Notes: generated by a model not told the origin, from the sequence alone. DNA of 62,696 bases, filler included, from Stramenopiles sp. TOSAG23-6 (GCA_900128565.1; 7 parts of 7 records of this genome joined end to end with filler, not necessarily neighbours in it); one strand, 5' to 3'; numbered from the whole stretch's first letter, positions 35,828-48,824 are shown. Program-made: numbers and translations.

Positions 35828-35972
35828 NNNNNNNNNNNNNNNNNNNNNNNNNNNNNNNNNNNNNNNNNNNNTTAATTAATTAANNNNNNNNNNNNNNNNN
35901 NNNNNNNNNNNNNNNNNNNNNNNNNNNGAACAAATTGAATAATTATTTGGAATCTTTAAAGTATACATTTTT

Positions 35973-37284
35973 TTATAACTTTGAACAAATTGAATAATTC
36001 TTTGGACTCTTTAAAGTATACATTTTCTTACAAATCGTATCAAATCGATTCCATTCCGACATTGTTGATAGTAACGCAGCAGTGAGTGCAAGTGGCTGAT
36101 CTAGCATTATATGATGTCCCGCGGCTTTTATCTCAATGATTTGACATGGACCAACATCTTAGGTATAAAATTTGGTACGAAAAAAAAAATGATGAAAACA
36201 TACATGAACCTTGGCGCTCACATTCTTGTTTCACATGTTCATAAGCTACATTTTCTTGATTAAAAAATATTGAATTCTCGCCAGTATATAAACAACATTT
36301 ACATCGCACACTTGAAAGAATATTAGACAATACTTGAATTTCAGCTTCATGGTCAACAGCAGTCCTCAATTCAGGCACTCCGCCAAATGTATTAACTATT
36401 GTATGCCATGTTGTTTTCGCAAAAATTTCAGGATCAAATTTCCACGAATATAATGTAGATTCACCCAAAGATGCATGATATTTTTGAATTTCACTATGAA
36501 TTCGATGTACATCAGCATCTTCTACCAATGGCTTTGAGTTTTTTGTGTATTTTGCGTTTGGTACGTGTACGTGTCCTTTATAACCAGACCAATCTGTATT
36601 TGAATCAGGAACAACTGATGCAGCATTCTCCGACCAAAGACGGACACCATGAAACGATACATGATTTAAAATAAATGAATTCAAACAGGATTGAGATGGT
36701 CTTAATTTAAAACGCTTTAAAAGTGTTTCAATTTTTTTAAACATTCGCGGTCGTCTCCCCAAAGCTTTCTTGTGCTTCAACCGAGAAATGGGAAGCCAAG
36801 CTCTTAACATTTCCTCTGATCTAACGGGTGTGTCAATGACAATGAGGCCACCTAAATAACTCGATCGTTTGATATCATGTGCCAGAAACATTGATACTAA
36901 TCCACCATAACTGTGTGCAACTATGACAGGTTTAATGACTGTGGGGAAGTTCGAGTCTTTTAAAACACTAAATACCTCTAAAGCGTGAACTTGAATAGAA
37001 TAAGACTGTCTCCAGCCAGAGTCACCATTCCCTGATAAATCTACAGCAACTACTTGATATTTCTCAAGCAGTAGTGGTGCTATAAAGCTCCACCAATGTG
37101 CATTTGCTTGTGACCCATGGACAAGTAAAATTCCAGGTTTTTTAGTATTACGGTCCCAGTGAAGGTAGTGAATATTACACGAACATTCGTTCCCATCAAT
37201 TAAAAACGGTACCTTTACACTTCTGTGCTCATATGGAGTATGTATCGCATTACTAAACCATTCACAATGCTCTGAGGTCGACAT
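35973..37284 (-). CDS. Alpha/beta hydrolase with C-terminal SKL (PTS1); exons 37284-36204 and 36145-35973
   Basis: LLVHG, AHSYGG nucleophile, AGHH catalytic His in exon 2, ends ICSKL*. Confidence 0.9.
36146..36203 (-). mobile_element. Short introner intron, GT-AT (58 nt)
   Basis: at|GTATGTTTTCATC...core...GGTCC-AT|gt. Confidence 0.8.
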
Positions 37285-37534
37285 AGGTCTATAGTATGTG
37301 CATTACAATCATCTGAGTTAAAATAGCGAATTCAGAATAGCGAAAAAGTCCGAAAAGAGAATTGAACAAGAACAAGAACAAGTGGACAACAAAGTTTAAA
37401 AAATTTTGACTCGGTCAAAAGGATACCCGGTACCCTTTTTTAAAACTGACTGACATCCTCTTTCAGTCTTGAGTTGAGAATCACATCCTCCTCCTCTCTG
37501 TGGGTGTATTATATATTTTCGTTGTCAGACTTTA

Positions 37535-38374
37535 ATGACTATGGAAATGAAAGACGAGAAAGATAAACAGAATATCGACTGGGAAAATGCACCACGACGA
37601 AAAAATACTTGGGTTGCGTATTATCTCTTATTTGTTCTTGGTTTTTTTGGTGCGCACCACTTTTATTTGGGTCGTGTTAATCATGGTTTGTTCCATGCTT
37701 TTACTCTAGGAGGCTTCTGTGGTCTTGGTACTCTAATAGATTGTTGTTTTATTCCTTCGTACACACGACAAGCAAATAGATTGATTCATGCAAATGCAAA
37801 ATATGACACGACTGTAAAGAAGATATTTCATCACTTTAGTGGCATGTGTTTCTTGATAGTACTGTTTCTTACAGTAGTATTTTTCCTTTTGCCATTGGTA
37901 TTACGTGGCGTAGGTTTGGTCACCTTACAAAACGATCCATATTCTGTGTTGGGAGTCTCATCTAATGATTCGCCGTTAGTAATTAAAAAACGATACCGAG
38001 CTTTAGCTCTTCAGTGGCATCCAGACAAAAACCGGGAGTGTGGTGAAAAGTGTAAGATGAAAATGACAGAAATTGCGGATGCGTATACCGAGTTAAAAGA
38101 CTGTGACTTTCAGTATAGTGTTCCAGGTCATTTCTGGGAACAAGTTATTCTCGATGTAGCTGAATGGGCAAATGAAGAAACTTCGTGGGTATCACGTTTA
38201 TCAGCATGGCTTGATGAAACCAGTAGAGACAGAAAACGAAAAAAAAAAAAGAGAAAAAAAGAGAAGAATAAAAAGCAAAAAACAAAAAACAAAAAAGAAA
38301 TGGAAGATGATGATTGGGAATGGATCTTTGAGTTTCTTGATGATCTAACTGAGGATGGTGAACAGGAATTATGA
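37535..38374 (+). CDS. TM2-domain plus DnaJ-domain membrane protein
   Basis: LGFFGAHHFYLG (TM2) and DPYSVLG...WHPDKN (J domain). Confidence 0.88.
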   Translation: MTMEMKDEKDKQNIDWENAPRRKNTWVAYYLLFVLGFFGAHHFYLGRVNHGLFHAFTLGGFCGLGTLIDCCFIPSYTRQANRLIHANAKYDTTVKKIFHHFSGMCFLIVLFLTVVFFLLPLVLRGVGLVTLQNDPYSVLGVSSNDSPLVIKKRYRALALQWHPDKNRECGEKCKMKMTEIADAYTELKDCDFQYSVPGHFWEQVILDVAEWANEETSWVSRLSAWLDETSRDRKRKKKKRKKEKNKKQKTKNKKEMEDDDWEWIFEFLDDLTEDGEQEL

Positions 38375-38568
38375 AAATGAAGAGTCTTTGTTTTATAAAA
38401 TTTATACTAAAGTACTACGATTGTTTTAGCTATGTTATTGTACAAATCTCACATATGATATGATGTGACATTGTTTACCCGTTCATTTTCATCTTTTTGT
38501 TCATGCTATACGATTATATCAGTACATATTATGACATATTATGACATATTGATATTGTATAATAATCT

Positions 38569-39675
38569 CTACTCTTCCATTGAGATTTTATCTTCGACAT
38601 CGTCAAATGATAGTTTCAATTCTTTGTACAGTTTGTTTTTTATTTCATATTCTTTGCGTAGTGTCACAAAAAGATCATAGAGTTCCCCTACAAATGACGC
38701 CAAGCCTTCATCGTTAAAACTATGAGCAGAATTGAGTATTACACTTCCACAACACATAATTTTATTGAACAGTTCCGCCTCTTCGCGTTTTTCTTCTGTT
38801 TTTTCGTGCACCTGACCGACAATGACGCTTAAATTTTCATCCTGTTTGATCACTAGACGTTTTAAGTGTTCGATTTCATTCTCAAAACTTTGATTATGAG
38901 ATCTAAACTCGTTCTGGGTATTAGAGTTAGGACTGGTGTTTGTTTTAGACGCCTGATGCCTGGTCTGATGAAGTATATCATCGACTTCATTGACTGTTCT
39001 ATCGATGACTTCTAATAAATTTTCTTGCACTGATACACCAGATTCATCAACAGTATTTACTGTATATATATTCTTTGATGTGTTCATCGTGTTTTCGTAC
39101 TCATCTAGTGATAAGAAGGAAACGTTGACAACTTCTTTCACTTGGCGTTCATTCGTTGGAGGCGTATTTGGATTTTTGTTTGAATATATTGTCTGAGATG
39201 TTGTTGATTTTGTTGATTTACATGTACAAATAATGTTAGTTTGAATATTCTGTAATGCTTTACTCAACTTGTTCATCAAAACAATTTGTTTACCACAATC
39301 GATCATTGCTTGCTTGTGCTCTGAGTCTCTTGTTGTGCTTATCAATTCGAGTCGCCTCTTTTCAAGAAGATGTGACTGAACTGTACTTTCATTAACCGTA
39401 ATTTTGTCTTGCATTACAACTATACGTTTTTGGAGTTCTGTAATATTACTCTTAATTTCAGTAATTTCTGATTGAAGCTCCTTGATGCCAAACTGAACAG
39501 TCTCTAACTCCCCTTGGGCTTCAACACGGTGGGCTTCAGCCAACTGCTGCTTCAGTTTGACATCCAAGTGTCGTTGCTCTGCAGTCAAAGTTGCCTCAAG
39601 AAGATTTTTCAGTGATACCGATGAAGATGATGACTGCATCCGCGAAGCCATGAATGTTCCTCTTTTTATGTTCAC
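38569..39675 (-). CDS. Coiled-coil protein
   Basis: 368-aa ORF with heptad pattern; start codon uncertain. Confidence 0.65.
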   Translation of the reverse strand: MNIKRGTFMASRMQSSSSSVSLKNLLEATLTAEQRHLDVKLKQQLAEAHRVEAQGELETVQFGIKELQSEITEIKSNITELQKRIVVMQDKITVNESTVQSHLLEKRRLELISTTRDSEHKQAMIDCGKQIVLMNKLSKALQNIQTNIICTCKSTKSTTSQTIYSNKNPNTPPTNERQVKEVVNVSFLSLDEYENTMNTSKNIYTVNTVDESGVSVQENLLEVIDRTVNEVDDILHQTRHQASKTNTSPNSNTQNEFRSHNQSFENEIEHLKRLVIKQDENLSVIVGQVHEKTEEKREEAELFNKIMCCGSVILNSAHSFNDEGLASFVGELYDLFVTLRKEYEIKNKLYKELKLSFDDVEDKISMEE

Positions 39676-40025
39676 GTACTTCTGAAATATGATTTGTGTT
39701 TATATTATTTTTCTCTCGATAACGAGAACAACGAGAAACGAGAACAAAACAAAACATTATTTTTGACAGCAGCTTTTCTTGGCTGCCGATCAAATAAAAA
39801 AAAAATCAAGAAAAAAAGTCCGATCATAACCCTAACCCTACATAACAACAAATCAGCAAATAATTCTTTATTGAAATTTAAATTTAAAAGAAAAAGCAAA
39901 ATGAAAATTGAAAAAAGCAGTTGGGGTTGGATTTGAGATTGGTGTATCGCTTCTCTATTGTGATGGATCTTGGATCTTCCACGAAATCTTGATATATTAT
40001 TAAAAAATCCTAAATATAAAAATCA

Positions 40026-40901
40026 TCATCCACCACCTCCTCCACCACCTCCACCACCGCCACCCTGGCCTCCACCGCCTCCTCCACCGCCACCACCATA
40101 AGGTGCGATAGCTTTCTGCAGCTTTTTCAGAGGCATAGATTGAACCATGACCAAGCCAGGACCTTTGAGGACTGTATTGAAACAACCTTGACCTGCACAA
40201 CAACAAACCATAAATCCATCTGTTTTACGAACATCAAAAGTACAAGTGCTTTCAAATGCTAAAAGTACATCAGGATCAACAATGAGTTCTTCCCCTGGTG
40301 CTAAACGTCGAGTCATCACAGTCCCACCAGCTTGTAAAAATGCCATTTTACTACCAGTAAGAATCTTTTGAAACAAACCTTGTCCACCACAGCACGCCTT
40401 GGTAATACCCATAGCTTTAAGATTGATTGACCATTCTTTACCAGTTCCCATAGCTGCCAAGAATGAACCGTCATTAATTGCTATTCCAGACATAACCGAT
40501 AAATCAAGTGGGACAATTTTGGCTGGAAATGTTGGTGAAATTGCCGCAATAGAATCTTTTTGATCTCTATTATGCATCACTAACTGGCAACACGAAACTC
40601 CAGCACAACAAACTTCACTCAAACTTCTGATGTCTGTTGAAAGATACACCCCTGGATCCATGTGCATCATAGAGTGGTTTTGTGTTGAAACCTTTTCATC
40701 TGGCGTGAGATGAAGCTCGAGAATTTGAGAATAATCTGAGCCCAAAATCGTGTATGCTGTATTGTTCGTTACCGGTGCAGCATAAGGAATAAAACCTTTC
40801 ATTTCCATACCATTCGACTTGCCCTCATCACGAGACATTGCTACCGCGACTGAGCCGCCAGGGCCCTGACTCATGTCAGGTTCAACCTTGGCTGTATTCA
40901 T
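40026..40901 (-). CDS. AIM24-family (DUF124) protein with poly-Gly tail
   Basis: GGQGLF, GQGCFNTVLKGPGLVMVQSMP. Confidence 0.85.
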   Translation of the reverse strand: MNTAKVEPDMSQGPGGSVAVAMSRDEGKSNGMEMKGFIPYAAPVTNNTAYTILGSDYSQILELHLTPDEKVSTQNHSMMHMDPGVYLSTDIRSLSEVCCAGVSCCQLVMHNRDQKDSIAAISPTFPAKIVPLDLSVMSGIAINDGSFLAAMGTGKEWSINLKAMGITKACCGGQGLFQKILTGSKMAFLQAGGTVMTRRLAPGEELIVDPDVLLAFESTCTFDVRKTDGFMVCCCAGQGCFNTVLKGPGLVMVQSMPLKKLQKAIAPYGGGGGGGGGGQGGGGGGGGGGGG

Positions 40902-41239
40902 TGAGTACGCTTCTGAGGTTTATTGAAAAAAGAATTGTCGAAATACCAAATGAGATGAGTGGTTAAAATTCGAAAAGTCAACACAAATATCATAAATGAC
41001 AGTAAGTCAAGGCAAGCAAGTGACACGAAATCCGTAAATTTCATGCCCGGAGAAATTGGGGATATTACACCGTGGACCGTTACGAAAAAAAGAGGAAAAA
41101 AAAGGAATCATAGAATAAAAACTGATCAGTACCTGCCCCAAGGTTATCAGTTGGCTTTTCTGCATATAAAGGACACCACGGAATCTTTTTACACATAATC
41201 ACGGTGTACTGGAAAACTGGAAAGAATAATTATTATATA

Positions 41240-43003
41240 ATGAGTTGTTGTATTGACCTCTGTTTCGGTTGTACTTGTGAAGGTTTAGCTTGTTGTGGTG
41301 CAGTATGCTGTACCTGTTTGTCATCAAGAAAGCAACACCGACGAGATGATGAAGCGCATACATTCTGTTCGCGATTCTGTATCTGGTGTCAGTTTGCCTT
41401 TTATTGCATCATGGCTGGTGTAACAATGGTTTTAATCTTTATTATTGGAATGGCGCCGGAGTCCCTCGGTTTAGGTACGGCAAAGACAGGTGAAAATAAT
41501 TGTATCCAACAGCCGGGATGTGACGTCATAGTTCTTTCTATGTGTAATCCAAATATCTATAATTGTCCTGTAGACGATGATGATAATCCAGACACAGAAA
41601 AACCATTCAATCCGTTTTTTGAAAAATCACTTTCAATACAAGGAGATGTAGTAAAAACTTGTCGAATATTTGAAAGATGTATGTTTTATTTTTTTTTTTA
41701 ACAAAAAAATCGATTTTTTTTTCGTACGCAATTTTGTACCTAACGAATTTTAAGTTTTTTTTTTTGAAATATTTTTCAAAAATACATACGGTTCACATTG
41801 GACAATTCCTGCTTCCTCAGATACATCAATGGAATCTACATTACGAAAAACAAAACCAGAGTTATTTCGAGATCGCACTTGCTCAGATGCATCTTCAGAA
41901 GCAGATTGTGATATTCTTATTGGATGTAATTGTACGTTTTATGATGATTTTTTTTTACCAATTTTTTTTTCATACGAAATTTTGTACCTAACAAAACATT
42001 TTTACAAAAAAAAATATTTTTTCAAAATACATGGAGTGGTTCCTGTGGGGGGATGATAACAAAATGTAATGATATCACAGATACAGGAAGCAATGCTGGA
42101 GTGACTGCGCTTATTGTTATATTACTTATAGTTTTCATCGTATTTGTAGGGGTTGCTTTTATGCGTCATCGTGTAATTTTTCAAAATTGATTTTTTTTTT
42201 ACCAATTTCAAATTCATTTTTTTTCCTTATCAATTCTGTAACTAACAAATTTCGAATGTAAAATATTTTCTTCAATCCATACACTTTATCTATATGATGA
42301 AAAGATGAAAAAACTTGCGGATGAGAAGAAGGACCATAATAAAGAAAAAGAAGAAGAAGAAGAAGAAGAGGAACCAAATTATTGCTTGGAATGTCCACCA
42401 TTATGGTGTGTAAGATGCATGCCTACTAAAGTACGTAGCTCTTGTTGTGATGGTTGTTGTGATTGTGATGATGAAGAAGATGGAAACGTTAAAGCGACTG
42501 CCAAAGTTAGCCCCTTATCGCCAGAGGAAACAAAAGGTCCGCCTGAAAGAGGTGCCCAAATGTCAGACCCAAGAATGGGTGAAGTTGGTACAAATAAAAT
42601 AAATCGACCTAATTTACAAATTTCTCCTGATTCTGGTCGTGGTGGTCTTGATGGACTAGGTGATGTTGGATTGATGCAATTATCGGGTGCAGTGCCTAGT
42701 TTTGCTACTAATGATATCAATCGTTCAAGTAGCATGGCAGATTTTCGACAAAAACAAATTGAACAAGAACAAAAAAATCAACTCTTACAAATGGAAATAA
42801 CTCAACTTCGAATGGAGCAATCTCTAAATAATAATGCAAATATTCAGAAATCAGCGAGTATGAACAATATAAATCAAATGGGTAGTCAAATGGGTATTCA
42901 GAGATCAGCAAGTTTGAATCCAAATATGAATTCAGGAATGTCAAATTTGAATAGCATGAATACAAATATTCAAAAATTTAATGCAAATATTCAGAACTTT
43001 TAA
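41240..43003 (+). CDS. Cys-rich two-TM membrane protein, four exons
   Basis: Continuous frame after removing introns 41679-41787, 41932-42032 and 42173-42280. Confidence 0.7.
41679..41787 (+). mobile_element. Introner intron, GT-AT (109 nt)
   Basis: at|GTATGTTTTATT...core...AAAAATAC-AT|ac. Confidence 0.85.
41932..42032 (+). mobile_element. Introner intron, GT-AT (101 nt)
   Basis: tt|GTACGTTTT...core...CAAAATAC-AT|gg. Confidence 0.85.
42173..42280 (+). mobile_element. Degenerate introner intron, GT-AT (108 nt)
   Basis: GTAATT...GTAACTAAC...TTCAATCC-AT|. Confidence 0.65.
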
Positions 43004-43065
43004 TAAAAATATTCCAGACAAAGGTTACATTACTTTAAAATACAATGCTTTAAAATACAATACTT

Positions 43066-45172
43066 TCAAAATAAACTACGCAATGTTTTAGTCAGTTCAA
43101 CTAAAGCGAGCGTGTCTCTTTCACAATATTCTAATAAAGACTTTCGTACTTTTCGTCTTTCCTTACCTGTATATTCTTTGGTCATGATAAACTTTTCCAG
43201 CATCACTGCAGCTAATTGGCCTCCATGAACATCTAAATCCTCATAGGACATGTCGGGTATTAAAGCAGGCAGAACTTTTTTAAGACTAAAACTACCATGA
43301 AAATTTGGATGGTATACGTAGTTTCGTATCACAGGTAGTAAATCGACAAATTTGTCATTCATGCTTAATAATATATCAGCATCCTTTGGTGGAAGAAAAC
43401 GAGAAAGATCGTGAATGACACGCTTCTCAAATGATGCTGAGTATTCATTGTGAAAAATAGTACAAAAAAATGATTTTTTCCGTTAGGTACAGAATTTACA
43501 ATCAAAACAAAATCGAATTAAACAATACATTTGAAATGAATGATGAAAATATACATGCAACAAATGTTTTTACATTTTTCAATTTTTTTACCAAGGTAGC
43601 GGCTAACTTTGGACGAGGGTCATTGGCATCTTCTGATAGCCATTCAATATGTGATAATTCCCCATTACATGACAGATAATGAACCGATACCTGCACAGCT
43701 ACTTGACCGTATGGTCTTACATGAGGCCAGATAGGTATAACACTATTGATTGCTTCAAAATCAATGTATTTTGGAAAAATATTTCAAAAACAAATCGTCA
43801 GGTACAAAATTTTTATAAAAAAAAAATTCGAATTTGAAAATAAAATAAAATAAAATAAAACATTCATGAAAGCTACTGGAGGTATAATCTTACTCAATTC
43901 TTTTTCAAGTCCAGGTTGAATGACTAATTTATTTTCTTTATGTGATTCAACTTGTCTCTTTTGAATAGCTGATAAAGATATATCAGAAGGTATATCCTCA
44001 ATTTTATCAATTTCGCGAAAACGCAAAATTTTCATCAATTTTTCATTTTTTCTGTATAATTCATCAATATTTCCAATTCCTGTTTGATTACACCGATTGT
44101 AAAAAGGACAAAGATATGGTTTTTTACAATGTTTCCCCGGAGTCACTTTGGGTCTCCTCTCTGTTTTTGTTATACTGTCTCATGAAAAAAAAAAATCAAA
44201 TTTTTTTGTTAGGTATAAAATTTCGTATTAAAAAAAAAAAAAGTCAATTTTGAAAACGTACACATCTCGTAAATGTTTTGCTATGTAAGGAATATCGGAA
44301 ACCAAGTCACGTGCCTCCAAAGTTACATTATTACGTTTAAAAAGTGATTGTTTGCTATTGTGACTTTTATTGTTGTTGTTGTTGTTGTTGTCTGACGATG
44401 ATGGTTGATCTTTTGTAAAATTAGAATAAGATGGAGTGGGCTGGTTCATTTGTAACCGATTTTTTAATTCTTTCACTAAAATATTTTTTTTTCTATTTGC
44501 TTTAATTCCAAAACTTTTACAATACTTTTGAAGATCGCGATAACTTAATGTATCTATAGACGCACAATCTAATTTAAGATGTGAGGAAGAGTTGATTTTA
44601 ATATCCGAAAATACACTTGTATTTGAAATTTCGTAATCCTTATTTAACGTCAAAACATCCACCTGATCAACTGTAACTCCTTGAGACTCTAGGACATATA
44701 TTTGAACGGCTACATCAAATATATGTTGTTTCTTAACCGAATTTGTCGACTTGACTTCTATAATATTCCAAGCACAATCATTATCTGTATTGCGTTCAAG
44801 AACATCTACCGCAACAAAAATACCGTCGTGAGTAAACGAAGCTTCATAAATTAAGGACGATTCACTTTCCATGGCACGTTTCGTAGCCTCAACCATGAGA
44901 CTTTTATTTGATTCATATTGAATAAGAACACCATTTGGAAATGATTCCATTGCTGCTTTGCCTACCCTGTGTCCATTGTCAAAAACAGCCTGTAACTCGG
45001 GCGATATTTCAAGTTCTGGTGCATCAGGTTCATGAATAGTATTCCAAAGCAACAATGGACACTGATGACCTGAAAGTATTCTAGACTTTGATAAACCCCC
45101 TATAGAAGACGCATATCGATGTCGTGCTAAATTAAATAAAGAAATGCGGATATACTTACTCAACATGTGCAT
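43066..45172 (-). CDS. DUF2779-family protein: PD-(D/E)xK nuclease, SAP-like insert and RNase H-like domain; four exons
   Basis: LSKSR..G.QCP, VDVL...IIEVKS, DFE, SFEK, GSFSLKKVLPAL, LLEYCERDT. Confidence 0.85.
43443..43554 (-). mobile_element. Introner intron, GT-AT (112 nt)
   Basis: Restores FVAYSASFEK. Confidence 0.8.
43764..43865 (-). mobile_element. Introner intron, GA-AT (102 nt)
   Basis: at|GAATGTTTTATT...TCCAAAATAC-AT|t; restores AFIDFE. Confidence 0.8.
44175..44261 (-). mobile_element. Introner intron, GT-AG (87 nt)
   Basis: GTACGTTTTC...ATACCTAAC...CATGAGAC-AG|. Confidence 0.85.
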
Positions 45173-45574
45173 TCTATATAGACGGCATTGGTGAGGTTGC
45201 CTACTTTGAAATTGATTAAAACAGATTTCAAGTGACTCAAGAAGAAACAAGTTTCTGGTGATCGATCGACTCTCGGAGGTTTTTGTTCGTTCGCGTTCGG
45301 TTGTTTTCCAAAAAATAACAAAATATTTTAGCAGTTACTCTCTAATACCTTTGGTATAGGTACCCTTGCTAGCAACACTGTTAAGCCTTACCTCACTACA
45401 CGTAGTAGGTAGTAGTAGGCTACTAACTAGGTACTACATACTAGTACCTACCATATTAAGATAGTGAATCATTTAGATCCCTTATATATAACATGGTAAT
45501 TTCATATAAAAGTCCTGCTAGAGAAATAAAAACCATCTGTAGGCAGGGATAAAAAAGACTACATTTAATATATA

Positions 45575-47709
45575 ATGACAGACAAAATTTCAGAAGCAGA
45601 TTCACTAAAATCTGAATCTTATTTTGTATCTTCTGACGAAGAACTAGACAATATATGCGGTGATTCTCACAATTCCTTGCTCAAACGGTCACATTCCCCA
45701 ACATTATCTATATCAACAGGATATTCTATAGAAGAGAAGGAACCATCCGATTTAGCTAGTTTTGCTCTTTTACCAGAACCTTTAGAGTCTGGTAGAAGTG
45801 TAGAAGCTTTAGAGTTACTCCGCCATGCCCAAGATTTTTCGTACATAGGTGCTTATGCTCAGGCTGAGTCTTGCTTACGGTCAGTTTCTCACAATAATCC
45901 TAAAGATGGTTTTGTCATGACTCGATATGTGACTTTGCTACAGCGACAAGTTTTTAATGATGCTAGTGAAAGTTCTAGCAAAATGGAGCTACAAAAACTC
46001 ATAATAGAATATCTAGACAAGCTTATTGTAAATATCACACTTCGTGTAGAAGGCCTCAGTGAAATTGAAGCATATCAGCACAAAGCCGAACTGGCTTGGG
46101 CTCTCCTATTACGAGGTTTTATTTCTTGGTGGCAACGAGATTTTAATCGTGCAAAGGAACTTTTCAATGCAGCGTCTACAGCTGATGATAAATATGCACC
46201 AGCGGAGACCGCTCAAGCTTTGCTACTTAAAATGGAAGGCAATTTAGTAGATTCAGAGAGACGTTATCGACTTGCACTTTCACTTGATGGTGAATATACT
46301 TTAGCGCGTCAAGGGTTAGGGTTGTTGCTTCAACGGACTAAACGATTTGGAGAAGCTGAGAGACAATATGAGAGAATACTTGAGTCTGACCCAGAGTTTC
46401 AACCTGCACGAAAACAATTAAAGATTTTGCGTGCACCAAAACCAAAACCCAGTCAAAAAGGATGGCAAGATGATGTAGTTTTGAAGCCTGTGTGGGATAA
46501 TGAGATTGAAACAGATTCCTCTTCCCATAGAGGTATGTTTTTAGAACCCTAAACCCTAATGAATTTTGTGTCTACATTTTTTTTCATCCGAAATTATTTT
46601 TTCATATGCAATTTTGTACCTAACGAGTTTTTTTTTTTTTTTTTTCACAATGCATGTGATTGGGGAGTAGATAAATCAAAAGCCTTTAGTACCCCAGAGA
46701 AACACATAGCTGGCGCAGGTTTCCAGGCAGGTTTGCGAATGGTCGGGCGACGAGTGAATAAGAAAGGTGATCGAATTTACATGACTTCAAAACCTGTAAC
46801 TCTGGGTGGTGATGGAAATATAGGTGAATTTGTTGCATTTGTTCCAGATAAAGTTACAGCAAACATGTTTGAAGTGAACAAATGGAGTCTCGAATTAGTC
46901 CGGCGTATCTTAGTTCCAGCAAGAAAGAAATATATGGCTCTTCGGTTTCTTGCCAAATCTATGGAAAATAAAGTCTTACGATGTGGTGATGTACTATCTT
47001 CGTTTAAAAATACATCTATAGGTTTACAGAGTGCGGAAAAGTTAATTTCATCACCCGCCGATGTATCATCTACAAGACATAAAAAAGAGCAGCTGAACAA
47101 ATGGATGCGTGCAGCAGCTAGTGCAAGTTGCCTTGTTGCTGATACTGAATCCGTCCTCGACGAAGCAAATAAAAGACTTACAATACAATATAATGCAAGG
47201 CAAGCAAAAGATACTAAAATCCGTGAATCTCTTTGGAGTAGAATTAAACTGGCACAAGCTGATATACTTTTCTGTCATGAGACTCTAAGAATGCACGAAA
47301 TGAACCAAGAAGTAAAAATGATGATGAAAACATTAATTGATAAGACTGATATTCATATGGAAAGAGCTATCCAATGGCTCGAAACCCCTTCAAATTTTCA
47401 TGAAAAAGAAGAAATGAATGAAACCCAAGAAAGCTGTCGTTTGGCTGTTGACCGAGCTGTAGAAGAAGTAAAAACAATGAGCTCTAGTTTCAAGGGTAAT
47501 ATGAAACCTGTTCTTGAATTAGAAGATAGAACAAATCGAAATAAGAAGAGCCTTGAAGATTCTCGCATTACATTAAAAACATCAGGCGATATAATCAAAT
47601 TGATGAGAAAGCAATTATTTGAAGTAAATGTAATGTTGCAAAAAATACCAAAGCTTGTTGATTCTTTGGAGTTATGTCACAGATTTTGGAATGAAGCAAT
47701 GGAATACAT
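45575..47709 (+). CDS. TPR-repeat plus coiled-coil protein, 3'-partial
   Basis: TPR motifs; exons 45575-46532 and 46656-47709. Confidence 0.75.
46533..46655 (+). mobile_element. Introner intron, GT-AT (123 nt)
   Basis: GTATGTTTT...TTTTGTACCTAAC...CACAATGC-AT|gt. Confidence 0.8.
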
Positions 47710-47762
47710 GTATGTTTTATTTTTTTTCAATTTCGAATTTATTTTTCGTACGAAATTTTGTA
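47710..47762 (+). mobile_element. Introner intron truncated by contig end
   Basis: at|GTATGTTTTATT...TTCGTACGAAATTTTGTA then gap. Confidence 0.78.
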
Positions 47763-47862
47763 NNNNNNNNNNNNNNNNNNNNNNNNNNNNNNNNNNNNNN
47801 NNNNNNTTAATTAATTAANNNNNNNNNNNNNNNNNNNNNNNNNNNNNNNNNNNNNNNNNNNN

Positions 47863-48611
47863 CGTCCCATTTGTTGTTGATATTGTGTCTCACTAGTTGC
47901 CTTCTTTGCTTTGTTTGCTTGAGCAGTTAAAGGATTATTTGCAAGAAGAAGTTTTGTTTTTTCAAGGAATGGATTATCTTCATTTTGTGAACTTCTTTCT
48001 TTATCAGAGTCATGCATTTTTCCTTTTGGAAACTCTCCTATTATTGCCAAGAACTCAGCATACCATATAGTTTTAGTTTTATTTGGATCTAAATAGTTTA
48101 CTATTTGGTTAATACGTTTATCTTGGATTAAAAGTCTCTGCAAAATATTTTTAAATGTTTCAATGGTAACTTTACCATTCTGAAGGTGATCTTGTGCAAC
48201 AAATTGTTTCTCGAAAACATCTCTTAATGTTCGAAAACTTTTCCCCCAGTCTCTCAGCTCTGCACGAAGTGTTTGATATTGATTTACAACACGAAAGACA
48301 CTTTTTTTATTATCCTTCTTTTTCTTAACTACATTCAGTACTTGAAAACCTCGATTACGTAGCTTGTTTTTAATTTCGCTTTCACCAGTTGTTTTTGTAG
48401 CATACTTTGCTGCCGCTTTTATGTCTTCATATTCTGGAGTATTTTCATTTAGATCGAAAGTCTTTTGCCGAAGTTCCCTAGATTTTGGAGAAACTGGAAC
48501 AGAATCATCCGAAATGATTCCAACATTGCTTTTAACATTTATCCTTTGTATTGAACCTTTCCTGGTCTGTTTTGATGGCATCTTATTTCTAGATTCTGTA
48601 TCAAGATTCAA
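47863..48611 (-). CDS. EF-hand-like protein, 3'-partial
   Basis: DHLQNGKVTIETF and LDPNKTKTIWYAEF; start uncertain. Confidence 0.65.
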
Positions 48612-48824
48612 GAAGTCTTACACTTGATTGTTTTGACTACTTAAGTAAATAAAATCAACTGTAAAAAAGTAACTGTCAAAAATACTGAAAATTCGAATTT
48701 GACATTTTTTATGAGACTGTCACATTTCGGTCGATTGGCTTTCAATTCAACATAAAAACAAAAAAATCCAACGTGTAATTTTTTTTTCCACTGTTCATCA
48801 AAAGACTTTGTGTGATATTTTCTC

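Noticed and set aside
35928-36030. ~56-bp tandem duplication at the hydrolase 3' end
   Set aside because: At a contig edge and probably a haplotype overlap; no functional signal.
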